A stretch of DNA of 64,000 bases from a bacterium (GCA_032250835.1 JAVVEA010000009.1:72398-136397), one strand, 5' to 3'. Shown: positions 29,530-39,981, numbered from the stretch's first letter. A program made the numbers and translations. The notes: a model not told the origin generated them from the sequence alone.

Positions 29530-29920
29530 CAGAACAACAGGTCGGCAGGATGTAAATTTTCGGGTAAATTGGGCGGGAATTGGGGGGATAAAGTGGTTTC
29601 GGTAAGCCAGGCCACCCTATAGGGTCCCCCTGCAGCCAAGTTATATTTAGTAAATATAATCAAATATTTCTGACACCCGGCGCCGTGGGGGGCTTTACGT
29701 TCCCCTCCGAAAGCGATACAGGGGCGCGGTCGCCGGATTTCTTTGAAGGTCCGCTGATGGAGCCAGGCTCTAAATAGGTAGCTGAGCTGTTAAGCTACTA
29801 CCGGACGAAAAACCAGAGTTGTGATGGAATTTGGGCCCTCAGGCTAAGGGGCGGGAAATAGCTCTGTTGCGCCCTAAGAGGGCAGGGCCCGCAAAGCCCA
29901 CGCTTAAGCGCGCCAGCTTC

Positions 29921-30862
29921 TTAAGCGAAAAAGCATTCCGAAACGGCGTGGCCCACTTTGTTGAGCCGGCCTTGGAGTTGGTCGAGGTATTTGTGTAACG
30001 AATGCTCGAAAATATCTTCGGGTTCCGTATAGTCGATCCCTGAGCGCATTTTGCCGATCAACTTTTCTGGGGCGTTGCTAAAGGCTCCGACCGGGGTGCC
30101 GCTGATGGCGTGCAAGCTATTTTCGGCCCTGGTCAAACAGAAGTGGATGCTGCGGGGGAAGAGCGGATCTAACACTAAAAATTCCACCACCTGCGAAGGG
30201 GTGATCTGTCGGAAACGCTTTTTATACATCTCCAAAGCGCTGGCCGAATTGAGCAGCGCGCCCCCGATCAACCCTTCAAAGGGACTGATCTTTTGCCCTT
30301 TGGTCTTGGGCATGGCCGCGAAGGACTTGACGTCCAAAATACGGCTGGTCTTATCGGCCCTTTCTAACATCCGCCCAATGTTCAAGAAGTGCCAACTTTG
30401 GCTGCGGCTTTGGGTGCCTTCAATGACGCCCGAGAAGAGGTGCGCCGTCTTGCGGATTTCACCAAAAAAATCGTCCGGCTCCCGCTTCATGCGTGTCGGG
30501 GCTTTGCGGTCGGTAATCAGGTGATAAAAATGGTTCACCGCCTCCCATATCTCTTTGCTGATCGTCTCGCGGATTGAGCGGGCATTCTCGCGGGCGTAGA
30601 TGGCGCAGTTGAGGATCGAGTTGTGGTAAGGCTTCGAGAAGGTCAAGAACTGCAAAACATTGGCCTGGTCAATCAGGTCAAATTCCCTCTTGAAGTCCTC
30701 TTCGTCACCGGTCACCGAGATCAGCGGTCCCCAGAGTTCGATCTCTTCTAAAGAAAAGTCGTACATCTGCATTAAATGTACATCCAGCAACCGCGCCGTG
30801 TTGTCGGCACGTTCCATATAGCGGCCCAGCCAATAGACCGATTCGGCAACTCGACTAAGCAT
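29921..30862 (-). CDS. Alpha-E domain protein (DUF403)
   Basis: MLSRVAESVYWLGRYMERA, ARENARSIRETIS, GRMLERADKTSRILDVK, FPRSI. Confidence 0.93.
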   Translation of the reverse strand: MLSRVAESVYWLGRYMERADNTARLLDVHLMQMYDFSLEEIELWGPLISVTGDEEDFKREFDLIDQANVLQFLTFSKPYHNSILNCAIYARENARSIRETISKEIWEAVNHFYHLITDRKAPTRMKREPDDFFGEIRKTAHLFSGVIEGTQSRSQSWHFLNIGRMLERADKTSRILDVKSFAAMPKTKGQKISPFEGLIGGALLNSASALEMYKKRFRQITPSQVVEFLVLDPLFPRSIHFCLTRAENSLHAISGTPVGAFSNAPEKLIGKMRSGIDYTEPEDIFEHSLHKYLDQLQGRLNKVGHAVSECFFA

Positions 30863-32312
30863 CGCTCCCCTTCGGTTTGCTTGGTTCGATCACCCAGGTG
30901 TCTTTCGAGCCCCCGCCTTGACTGCTATTAACCACCAACGAGCCTTCTTTCAGCGCGACGCGGGTCAAGCCACCGTTGAGCACAAAAATATCCTGACCAT
31001 AAAGAATAAAAGGCCGTAGGTCCACATGCCGCCCGGAGAGTTCCCCCTTATCGGTAACCACCGGAGCGCGAGAGAGCGAAACCACCGGCTGGGCTATGTA
31101 GTTCTTCGGGTCCGCCAATAGCTTGGCCTTAAAGGCTTCTCGTTCTTTTTTGCTGGCCTGGGGCCCGATCAGGAGGCCATACCCGCCAGACTCGGCGACA
31201 GGCTTGACAACCAACTTGTCAAGATTTCTGACCACATAATCTAGTTGGATCTTATCGCGGCACAAAAAGGTTTCTACGTTCGATAAAACCGCGTCTTGGT
31301 CTAGATAATATTTGATGATCTGCGGCACATAAGAATAGATCGCCTTGTCGTCGGCCACACCGGTCCCCGGCGCGTTGACCAAGGCCACGTTACCCTTCTT
31401 CCAAGCCCGCATAATGCCCGGCACGCCCAACAAGGAATCGGCCCTGAAGCTTTCGGGGTCCAAAAAGTCATCATCCAATCGGCGGTAGATGCTGTCGACC
31501 TGCTGCAAACCAGCCGTGGTGCGCATGAAGACGCAGTCGTCCTCGACCACTAAGTCGCTCCCCTGGACCAAGTCCACCCCCATCTCCCGCGCCAAAAAGA
31601 CATGTTCAAAGAAGGCCGAGTTGTACATCCCCGGCGTCAGTACCGCCACCGTCGGGCGCTCCTTATGGGGCACTAGATACTCAAGCATATCCAACAAACG
31701 CTCGGGATATTCCTCAACGGCGGCAATCCGACTCGCTCGAAAAACGATAGGGAAGATGCGCTTTAAAATCGCCCGGTTTTCCAGCACATAAGACACCCCC
31801 GAAGGGCAGCGCATGTTGTCTTCTAAAACCAGAAACTCGCCCTGATCGTCACGGACTAAGTCGATTCCAGAGATATGGGTCCAGATGTCGCGAGGCGGGC
31901 GGATGCCGACCAGCTGCTTATGGTAGGCCTTAGAGCCAAGCACCAAGTCTTTGGGCACCACCTTGTCTTTTAAAATCTTCTGTTCGCCGTAAACATCGGC
32001 CACAAAAGCGTTGAGAGCCTCAACCCGTTGTTTCAAGCCGATCTGCAACATTTCCCACTCTTTATAGGGAATCATGCGCGGCAGAATATCAAAAGGGATG
32101 ATGTCTTCTTGGGTTTCTTCGTTGCTATAAAGCGTGAAGGTGATCCCTGTTTCGAACATGACCGCCTCGGCCGCTTTCTGTCGGTTCAGCAGTTCCCCAG
32201 GCTCCATTTCGTTGATCGTTTTAACGATCTTCCGCGCGTAGGAACGTGGTTTGCCGTCCTCTACAAAAAATTCATCAAAAAAGTTATCGGTTTTGTAGGC
32301 GTCGAATTTCAT
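30855..32312 (-). CDS. Circularly permuted type 2 ATP-grasp protein
   Basis: VLEDNMRCPSGVSY, NSAFFEH, IYRRLDDDFLDP, NAPGTGVADDK, GGLTRVAL, VVNSSQGGGSKDTWV. Confidence 0.95.
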   Translation of the reverse strand: MKFDAYKTDNFFDEFFVEDGKPRSYARKIVKTINEMEPGELLNRQKAAEAVMFETGITFTLYSNEETQEDIIPFDILPRMIPYKEWEMLQIGLKQRVEALNAFVADVYGEQKILKDKVVPKDLVLGSKAYHKQLVGIRPPRDIWTHISGIDLVRDDQGEFLVLEDNMRCPSGVSYVLENRAILKRIFPIVFRASRIAAVEEYPERLLDMLEYLVPHKERPTVAVLTPGMYNSAFFEHVFLAREMGVDLVQGSDLVVEDDCVFMRTTAGLQQVDSIYRRLDDDFLDPESFRADSLLGVPGIMRAWKKGNVALVNAPGTGVADDKAIYSYVPQIIKYYLDQDAVLSNVETFLCRDKIQLDYVVRNLDKLVVKPVAESGGYGLLIGPQASKKEREAFKAKLLADPKNYIAQPVVSLSRAPVVTDKGELSGRHVDLRPFILYGQDIFVLNGGLTRVALKEGSLVVNSSQGGGSKDTWVIEPSKPKGSDA

Positions 32313-32647
32313 GGGCCCTCCTGGATATGATCATATGAAGGATCGGGCGGATTTGCAAAGTAAAATGGTGGGGTTGCCAAATCTGCAAAGCAGACCGAAC
32401 CAAGTCCAGAGGTTGAGGCCTGTCTCTAAAAACCGCAACAGCCCGCAAAAGCAACGGGGCGCAGAGAAAAAAGATCGTAAAAATAGGTGACTAAAACATA
32501 GGTGGCCCCTGTTTTGGTCCCATAAGCCACGCCAACCCCTCAAATGATCCTAAAATTAGCTACGGGGTCGCTTAGCCAGCGCCCCAAAGGAGCCCCTTTC
32601 GGACCCCAGCAGCCAGAGGTATATCCACCTCCCAAAGGCCCAAAGAA

Positions 32648-33409
32648 TCAACCAAGCAGCAAGCCCTTGGTCATAGCGGTAGCCACCGCCTGGGCCTGAG
32701 TATTGGCACCAAGCCGGGAGAAAGCTTGGTTCAGGTGGTACTTTACGGTGCTTTCTTTGATTTGCAGCCGACGCGCAATCTGTGGCTTGCTAAACCCTTC
32801 TTTAATCAGCTCCAATACCTTGACCTGCTGGGGCGTGAGCAGGCAACTGCGCTCCTTGGCCCGGATACTGACGAGGGCCAAATAGATATAGGGGGCGACC
32901 GCAGAAAGCAAAATTCGGGACTCTTCGAGGTCCGGATTTTCGAAGCCCGCCACAGAAAAGAGCAAGTCGCAGCGGTCTGGTGCTACTTTAAACCCAATGC
33001 TCATACCTTCTTGAAGCATCTTATACTTTTTTAACGAGGCGATGAACTGCTGTTGTTTTTTTAGCAACTCAGGCTCGGAGCGTTTTTCAATCTCCGCGAA
33101 GGTACTCGGCCAATATTGGAATTGCCCCAAGGTTTCTTTGTTGAAGTTACGTAAAATAACCGGATCAACACACGCGAAGCCTTTGGTAAAATATTCCAAC
33201 TGCCATAGCTTAGGGAAGTCGTTGAGATTATAATAATCTTTTATTTCTTTACCCTGGTTTAAGTTAACCAGCAAAGCGGACCAAGTAGTGAATTCTATGG
33301 ATTCATTCAGTAATTTTATCATCCCCACAAAATCAGCCCTAGAGCGGCACTGATTGGCCAAAGCGATGAATTCTCCGAGTTTAGCCCATAGGTCGAGCGA
33401 ACCTTTCAT
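32648..33409 (-). CDS. LuxR-family regulator with an autoinducer-binding domain (LuxR solo)
   Basis: W-x3-Y...DP...W pattern (LWQLEY, VDPVI, QYW) and C-terminal LuxR HTH (LTPQQVKVL...IARRLQIKESTVKYHL). Confidence 0.85.
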   Translation of the reverse strand: MKGSLDLWAKLGEFIALANQCRSRADFVGMIKLLNESIEFTTWSALLVNLNQGKEIKDYYNLNDFPKLWQLEYFTKGFACVDPVILRNFNKETLGQFQYWPSTFAEIEKRSEPELLKKQQQFIASLKKYKMLQEGMSIGFKVAPDRCDLLFSVAGFENPDLEESRILLSAVAPYIYLALVSIRAKERSCLLTPQQVKVLELIKEGFSKPQIARRLQIKESTVKYHLNQAFSRLGANTQAQAVATAMTKGLLLG

Positions 33410-33688
33410 TGCATTTACCTAAAATTACATAAATTGATTTGCCCCAATCCGCAGCCTGGAGCTCTTGCTATTTCAGCAAGACTTACCCCAAAAGGAGTCG
33501 ATAAGCAAATAAAAATCCCATTATATCACAGAACTAAACTTTATAGCAGCTTGGCAGCTTTTATTGCTATCTAGGTTTGAATCCTTTTGTGCTGGCCCCA
33601 ACTCTGCTTTTGGGGGTACCGAACTCTGAAGCTTTATGGCATGCTGCCCTCCAACTGAGCCTGCCTGCCCAACCCCTTTTGCCAGCCC

Positions 33689-35629
33689 ATGCGCTCCAGT
33701 TCCAAAGCCCTTTTTGCCTTCTCTTGGTTCGCGGTGCTCGGCGTTGGCGGGTCTGCCTTGGCCCCCGATCTAGCTGGACAATGGACCGAGTGGCCGAGCA
33801 TTGGGGCCAACCTGGGCCTGCGCCTTTGGGCGTTTTCCCTGGCGATTGCCTGGGTATTTGCGCTGATCGGCTGGGGGTGCTGGGCGGGGCGGGGATGGCT
33901 GTTGCCCTTTGGGAGCGGTTGGTTGGGCCTAGTGGTCCGGGCCTATCTGGGTTTAGCGGTTTGGGGTGCCCTCTGGTCTGCCTTAGGATTATTTCAGTGG
34001 ATCCATCCGGCAACCGCCTGGGGGAGTTTACTGGTCGGCTGGTTGGGGCTGCTGGGTCCTTCGAAGGAACCGGTCCAGTCCGGTCGAACGCGCCTGAGCC
34101 ATAGCGCGGCAATAGTTGGGGGGTTGTTGGTATTGGCTCTGTGGTTGCGCCTCTTGGCGGCCCTTAGCTTTCATGGCTTCGGTGACCCGCTCTATTATGG
34201 CCTCCCCTCGGGGCGCGATTACTTCGCTGCCGGGGGATTTTTGTGGCTTGAACATGCGGAGTTTTACGCCCACGCAGGCTTAGCCGAAGTCCATTTAATC
34301 CCCTTACAAGTGTTGGCCCGGCATCCGGCGATGCTGCAACTGACCGCCCAAACGATCTTTTTCTTGCTCGGCCCCTTGAGCTTGGTGGGGCTTAGCCTGC
34401 GCTATTTTGCTCCCTGGGGCAAAACCTTCGCCTTGCTGGCGGCTTTAGCGACGGTTTTTTATTCCCACCTACGGTTAGAATCCCTAATCGCCAAGCCGGA
34501 CTACCTATTGGGGAACCTCTGTTTGCTGCTGCTGTTGACGCTCCAGATAGGCCGCGAGCAACAACGCCCCGCTTGGGGTTGGTTTTGGGCGATTCTCTGG
34601 GGGGCGCTGGCGCTGGCCATCAAACCCACGGCGGTTTTAGCCATAGGCCCCTTAGGTTTGAGCTTTCTGATCTTTCGGCGACTCGAACTGTATGAAAGCG
34701 CAAAGGCAATATTTTGGGCCCTATTGTTGGCCCTGGGTTTGTTGGCTTTGGCCTATGGCAAAAACCTGATGATCTATGGCAATCCGGTCTTCCCCTTGGC
34801 CCAAAAATGGTTCCACTCCCCCTATTGGGATGATCTCGGGACCCAGCGGATGCAGATTCTTTTCCACCTGCAACCGGGCAGTCCGCTGGACTACCTATCA
34901 CGTTTGGGCCGCTTGATTGCCGGGGACCCCTCGGTCCTTTTGGTGCTCGCGTTGGCCGGGGGTCTTTGGCTCAAAAACCGCGATGCGGTGGATTGGCCTT
35001 TGGAATGGAAGGAGTTGGGCTTGGCGACCCTGCTGGGTTTGGCCGGTTGGGTCGCCGCCTTTGGCCCTGAGGTGTTCACCCGTTTTTTGATCGGCCCCTT
35101 GCGTCTGGGCGAGTGGTGGTTGTGGCTGAGCGCAGCCAGCCTGCTCCAAGCGCAGGCCCTAAGACAGCGCCAAGGTTGGAAAAACTGGGCTTGGTTGCTA
35201 GCGTTAGGGAGCTTGGCGGTTAGTGACGCTACCGTGGACCTCAACCAAGCTAGCCGTTGGTTTAACGGCCAGAGCTTCCACCAAAATCAACGAGCGGACA
35301 GTCCGCTGGTTCAGCTTTTAGACCACCTCAACCAGCAGGTAGGCCCGGACGATCAGGTTTTATTTTACAACGCCAACGAGCGGCTTTACGCGCAGTTTAA
35401 GATGACCGGTGCCCGCTCCTATAGCCCCAGGACTCGCTGGGTCTATTCGGAGCAAGAAGCTGAGGTAATGCAGGGTTTAAAGGAACTTAAAGCCAAGTAC
35501 TTTGTGATCGAAAACCTGAGGCTCGACTCAAGCGAAGGCTTGATGGCCCAGCGGGCTTTTTTGGAGCGGCACCTGATCTTTGCCGGTGAAGTGGCGGGCT
35601 TTAGTCTCTTTTTGGTGCCTAGAAGCTAG
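33689..35629 (+). CDS. Polytopic membrane protein, GT-C glycosyltransferase-like
   Basis: Many TM segments; DPLYYGL loop, AKPD, LAIKPT and YGNPVFP motifs typical of GT-C-like proteins. Confidence 0.6.
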   Translation: MRSSSKALFAFSWFAVLGVGGSALAPDLAGQWTEWPSIGANLGLRLWAFSLAIAWVFALIGWGCWAGRGWLLPFGSGWLGLVVRAYLGLAVWGALWSALGLFQWIHPATAWGSLLVGWLGLLGPSKEPVQSGRTRLSHSAAIVGGLLVLALWLRLLAALSFHGFGDPLYYGLPSGRDYFAAGGFLWLEHAEFYAHAGLAEVHLIPLQVLARHPAMLQLTAQTIFFLLGPLSLVGLSLRYFAPWGKTFALLAALATVFYSHLRLESLIAKPDYLLGNLCLLLLLTLQIGREQQRPAWGWFWAILWGALALAIKPTAVLAIGPLGLSFLIFRRLELYESAKAIFWALLLALGLLALAYGKNLMIYGNPVFPLAQKWFHSPYWDDLGTQRMQILFHLQPGSPLDYLSRLGRLIAGDPSVLLVLALAGGLWLKNRDAVDWPLEWKELGLATLLGLAGWVAAFGPEVFTRFLIGPLRLGEWWLWLSAASLLQAQALRQRQGWKNWAWLLALGSLAVSDATVDLNQASRWFNGQSFHQNQRADSPLVQLLDHLNQQVGPDDQVLFYNANERLYAQFKMTGARSYSPRTRWVYSEQEAEVMQGLKELKAKYFVIENLRLDSSEGLMAQRAFLERHLIFAGEVAGFSLFLVPRS

Positions 35630-37203
35630 GGTTCCTCTAGTCGTTTAAAGACGAGCAAGGGCTCAAAGCCCTCTATTGATTCGAAGCGATCCGACGCCTC
35701 CAAGGCCCGCAAGCAGGTCGGCAAATCAGCGATACCATAGCTACTCACCGCCGGGCTAAGCAAGAGGTACTCAGGTTCCCAATCGGGCGCGATGGGGTAT
35801 TTAAACTTCTGATCGCAGGGGGCCTCTGGGTATTGTCGAAATACTTGGATATTTCGCTGTTCTATGTGGGGTCCCAAATCATCTTGCACCGCCAGCCGGG
35901 GATGGCCATAGGTCTCGGTGAATTTTTGGATTTGTTCGGTCAGGGCCCACTGCTGCGCACTGGGCCAGTCATGCTGTATCCGGCGCAAGCTGCTCTGGGG
36001 CCATTGGACGATAAACAGCGCCAACAACAAAGGCGGTAAAAAACGGCGGAGTCTTAAGGACAGTTGGCCCCACCGCTGTAAAATCATCTCCCGCCGATCC
36101 CGCCAGATCAACAAACTAGCCACCAGCAGCAAAGTCGCGCCCAGATCGTCGTAATGATAGTGGCTTGAGTACATCGTCGGCAGGCGCGAAACCAGATTCA
36201 CGCCCACAGCGGGCATAAACAGCAGAGCACGCCGCCAGTCAAAGAGCGGCAAGAACCCGACCGGCACCAACAACCAAAAAAGATACCAGGCCTTAGGCAA
36301 CAAATCCGCAAAGGGCCCCACCCGCTCCAAGCCGCTCCAAGGGGGCAATCCCAGCCTAAAATAGGGCATCGCCACAAACATAATCAAATAAATCGCCAAC
36401 ACCCCACCCAAGGCCAAGCCGAGGCCCAAAACACGCCGGTCTTCCTTCATAAAAAACATGGCCCCCAGACCGATCCAGAGGGCCCCCATATGTTCCTTAA
36501 ACCCCAAGACAAAAACCAGACACAACCAAAACCCCAACCAGCGCCGCTGCAACCAAAACAAAATGGCCAACAAAACAAAGGGGGGCGCTAAGTTGGAGGG
36601 TTGGAATTGGTATTCTAAGGCCGAAACCAGGGGGTTGTAAAATAGTACCCAGTAACTGGCGACCACCAGCGCCGTGGCTTTCGGGTGGGGTAGTTCCAAG
36701 GCGCAGATGATCCGGTAAAAAATCAAGGGGCAGACCAAAAAGGCGGCCCCTTTGGCCAACATCAGCCAATGGATGCTGGGGGTGATCAGGTACAACAGGC
36801 TCAAGAGCCCAAAGGATGGGGTGAAGTGGTCGGCTAAAAAATGGACGCCATAATAGGAAAGTAGCGGTTCGCCTTGGGAGAGATTATATAAGATATTGCT
36901 GTGTAGCCCAGCGTCAAAAACCGAAACTTGAAAAGAATAATACCGGATGAGGATCAACAAAATCCACAGAAGCGCCTGAACCACCATCAGGACCGTCAGG
37001 CCTCGTTGGACTTTAGGTCGGCTTATCCACCGGCCGATAGAACCGGCCCAAGCCGCCGCCCAGGCGGGACGAAAGGCCAAGCTCAAAACCAAGACCAGCG
37101 CCGGAACTTTAAACAGTTCGCTCCCCCAAGGCCAAGCAAACCACAAAGCCAGGGTCAGACCGGTGAGCGACCATAAAAAACGAAGTCCCGAGGATTGCTG
37201 CAT
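35626..37203 (-). CDS. DUF2079-type membrane protein (GT-C-like)
   Basis: FDAG, LADHFTP, YQFQP, KE, SHYHY motifs and many TMs. Start chosen at ATG 37203. Confidence 0.7.
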   Translation of the reverse strand: MQQSSGLRFLWSLTGLTLALWFAWPWGSELFKVPALVLVLSLAFRPAWAAAWAGSIGRWISRPKVQRGLTVLMVVQALLWILLILIRYYSFQVSVFDAGLHSNILYNLSQGEPLLSYYGVHFLADHFTPSFGLLSLLYLITPSIHWLMLAKGAAFLVCPLIFYRIICALELPHPKATALVVASYWVLFYNPLVSALEYQFQPSNLAPPFVLLAILFWLQRRWLGFWLCLVFVLGFKEHMGALWIGLGAMFFMKEDRRVLGLGLALGGVLAIYLIMFVAMPYFRLGLPPWSGLERVGPFADLLPKAWYLFWLLVPVGFLPLFDWRRALLFMPAVGVNLVSRLPTMYSSHYHYDDLGATLLLVASLLIWRDRREMILQRWGQLSLRLRRFLPPLLLALFIVQWPQSSLRRIQHDWPSAQQWALTEQIQKFTETYGHPRLAVQDDLGPHIEQRNIQVFRQYPEAPCDQKFKYPIAPDWEPEYLLLSPAVSSYGIADLPTCLRALEASDRFESIEGFEPLLVFKRLEEP

Positions 37204-37536
37204 GACGTCCAGTAAAAATGGATTTACCCCACACCGGCAACGGCACCCTGGGATTTGTCCTAGAGAATAAGAACTTGGGCGGCGGCTGTAAAGCTTTGAG
37301 CGCAAAATGATCCCGCTGGGCCGTCACTTCCCCGCCGGGCGGCCTAAAGATCTCTTTATTTTATTAACTTATCAGGCCCATTAAGAAGCTAAATCGGCAT
37401 TTTAAATCGAAGGGGCCTGAAGGCTCTGCCTTGATCGGCCCCAGCCTAACGGCGATTATAATGAGTCCAAAACCCACCCCTTGTTAGGCCTCTCTTTTAG
37501 CTTCAAGCCTTTCTATTTCTGCTGAATTCATCTAAA

Positions 37537-39981
37537 ATGGGGGGAAAAATTGCGGTTCTTGAAACCTTGAGACCCAAATTCAGCTTGAAACCAGCCTTTA
37601 TTTTTCTATTCTGCTGGACCCTTGGGGTTACAACCGGCTGGGCTCAAGGAATTTTGCTTCAGGACGGGCAAGACCAATATAACCTGTCTTCAAATATTTG
37701 GCTCTTTGAAGACGCCCATGGGCAGTATGATATCCAAGCCGTCAGCGCGCCCGAAGCCCAAGCCAGATTCCACCGGATTGACGAGCCCCGCCTGCGGTTG
37801 ATTGATTCGGACGCCCACTACTGGCTCCGGCTCACCGTAACCAACCAGTCAGACCGCCAACATTGGTACTTGACCAGCCTCTATCCTTGGTTGAACTGGT
37901 TTGATCTATACCAAAAGGACGCCGCAGGGCAGTGGCACAAGCAGCCCGGCGGCCAGTGGCTTGAACGCCACCTATGGCCCGTCAACCACCGCCTGCCGGT
38001 CCATCCCCTGCTCATCAAACCAGGGCAAAGCGAAACCTATTACCTGTATATTTATGGCTCCACCCTAGAGCTTTGGCTTCAGATCGAAACACCCGCCGCC
38101 TTGGCCCGGCGCGAACAAAACCAATGGCTGGGCAATTTTCTTTACGCTGGACTGGCCCTAGGCTTGGCTTTTTACAATCTTTTCTTAGCCCTGTCGCTCC
38201 GTTCAAAAACCTACTTTTATTATTCTGTTTTTGTCTTATTTTTCGCCTGGGGCAATGTCCAATATTCCGGCCTGCTCTACCCCCTGCTCGGCCACTGGCC
38301 CAGGTTCCATATGTATGCCGACCTGTTGGCCTGGTCTCTGGCTTCTTGGTGGGCCATCCACTTTTCCCTTAACTTCCTAAGCGCCTCAAAGACCTACCCC
38401 AAACTAGACTTAGGGATGAAGGTTTGGGCTGGGTTGATCTTGCTCTTACCCCTAGGCAACTACTGGCAATCCCTAGCTTTTTACTACCAAGCCTTTAACT
38501 ACGCCTTTTTAAGCGGCGTGGTGGTCTTGTATTTCTTAGGGATTCAGGCTTACCGCAAAGGATACCGCGAGGCGCGGTTTTACCTGATCGGTTGGGGCAT
38601 GTTGTATCTGGCGGCGGGGCTTTCCATCGGCAAGTCTATGAACTGGCTGCCCCAGTGGGAGGTTTTTGATTGGTCGCGGCAGGTCGGCAGCGCCTTAGAG
38701 ATTCTGTTCCTCGCCATGGCCCTAGCGGACCGGTTTAACTTGCTCCAAAAGCAAAACCTCAAATTACAACAAGAAGTCGCCGAAGGGTTACAAGCCGAAG
38801 TGGCGGCGCGAACCGAAGAACTTCAAGACCAAAACCGCCAGCTGCTTTGGGCCCAACAGCGCGCCGAAAAGGCGATTTTGACCAAAGACAAGTTCTTTTC
38901 GATCATCAGCCACGACCTGCGCGGCCCCATGGGCAGCCTAGCGATCATCCTCAACGAAGTGGTGGAAACGCCCCAGGACATTGACCAGGAATTACTCGAG
39001 GGGATGCAACAAACCTCAGGCAATCTCTACCAATTACTGAATCAGTTGCTAGATTGGTCCCACAGCCAACAGGGGAGCTTGCATCTAGAACCGCAGCCCT
39101 TCTCGTTGTTAGATGCGGCCTCAGAGGTCAAGCAGACCCTACAAAGCCAACTAAAGCTCAAAAAACAGCATTTAACCCTCGACCTGCCACGGGAATTATG
39201 TGTCTTCGCCGACCGCCCCACCATCACCACCGTGCTGCGCAACCTTTTAAGCAACGCCGTTAAGTTCACCCCCTTGGGCGGTCAAATCCAACTGAAAGCC
39301 TGGCCGCAAAAAGAGACCTTGAGGGTAGAAATTATTGATAATGGAGAGGGCATGAGCCCCGAAACCTGTGAGCGGCTCTTTAAAATCGACGAGCGGATCG
39401 AAAGTTCGCCGGGCACCTCGCAAGAACGCGGCACCGGCCTAGGGCTGATTTTATGTGCCGAGTTCATCCACGCCAATGAAGGGCAGATTGGGGTGGACTC
39501 GACCTTAGGCGAAGGGAGCCGGTTTTGGTTTACCCTGCCTTTAGGCGAGACACCAGCGGAAGCGGCGTTTAAAAAAATTGAGGCCACCCAGTGGAAAGGA
39601 CTGAAGATCTTGGTCGTCGAAGACAACCCGCTACACCAGCAAACCAGCGCCAAAGCGCTCAGCCAACTAGGCCTTAGCTTCCAACTGGCCAGCGACGGAA
39701 GCGACGCCTTGGATTGGCTTGGGCGCGAAGACTTTGACTTGGTCTTGATGGATATCGACTTACCGGTGCTGAATGGCTTTGAGTCTACCGCCAAGATCCG
39801 CCAGCTATATGGCGAGCCATTGGCCGTCGTTAGTTTGTCTTCTTACTCTAAACAAGAAATCCAGGAAGCTCAGGCCGACGAGATTTTTGCTGACTATTTA
39901 AACAAGCCCCTAGATGCCGGGCAGTTGGTCCCCCTGTTGGAACGGCTGGTCAGAAACCGCAAGATTCGGGCAGAGGGATAA
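37537..39981 (+). CDS. 7TM-DISM hybrid histidine kinase
   Basis: DISMED2 extracellular domain, 7 TMs (ARFYLIGW, ALADR), KDKFFSIISHDLRGP H-box, HATPase and C-terminal receiver. Confidence 0.92.
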   Translation: MGGKIAVLETLRPKFSLKPAFIFLFCWTLGVTTGWAQGILLQDGQDQYNLSSNIWLFEDAHGQYDIQAVSAPEAQARFHRIDEPRLRLIDSDAHYWLRLTVTNQSDRQHWYLTSLYPWLNWFDLYQKDAAGQWHKQPGGQWLERHLWPVNHRLPVHPLLIKPGQSETYYLYIYGSTLELWLQIETPAALARREQNQWLGNFLYAGLALGLAFYNLFLALSLRSKTYFYYSVFVLFFAWGNVQYSGLLYPLLGHWPRFHMYADLLAWSLASWWAIHFSLNFLSASKTYPKLDLGMKVWAGLILLLPLGNYWQSLAFYYQAFNYAFLSGVVVLYFLGIQAYRKGYREARFYLIGWGMLYLAAGLSIGKSMNWLPQWEVFDWSRQVGSALEILFLAMALADRFNLLQKQNLKLQQEVAEGLQAEVAARTEELQDQNRQLLWAQQRAEKAILTKDKFFSIISHDLRGPMGSLAIILNEVVETPQDIDQELLEGMQQTSGNLYQLLNQLLDWSHSQQGSLHLEPQPFSLLDAASEVKQTLQSQLKLKKQHLTLDLPRELCVFADRPTITTVLRNLLSNAVKFTPLGGQIQLKAWPQKETLRVEIIDNGEGMSPETCERLFKIDERIESSPGTSQERGTGLGLILCAEFIHANEGQIGVDSTLGEGSRFWFTLPLGETPAEAAFKKIEATQWKGLKILVVEDNPLHQQTSAKALSQLGLSFQLASDGSDALDWLGREDFDLVLMDIDLPVLNGFESTAKIRQLYGEPLAVVSLSSYSKQEIQEAQADEIFADYLNKPLDAGQLVPLLERLVRNRKIRAEG

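Noticed and set aside
33551-33567. sigma54-like TGGCAG...TTGC
   Set aside because: GG-to-GC spacing is 11 nt, not the required 10.
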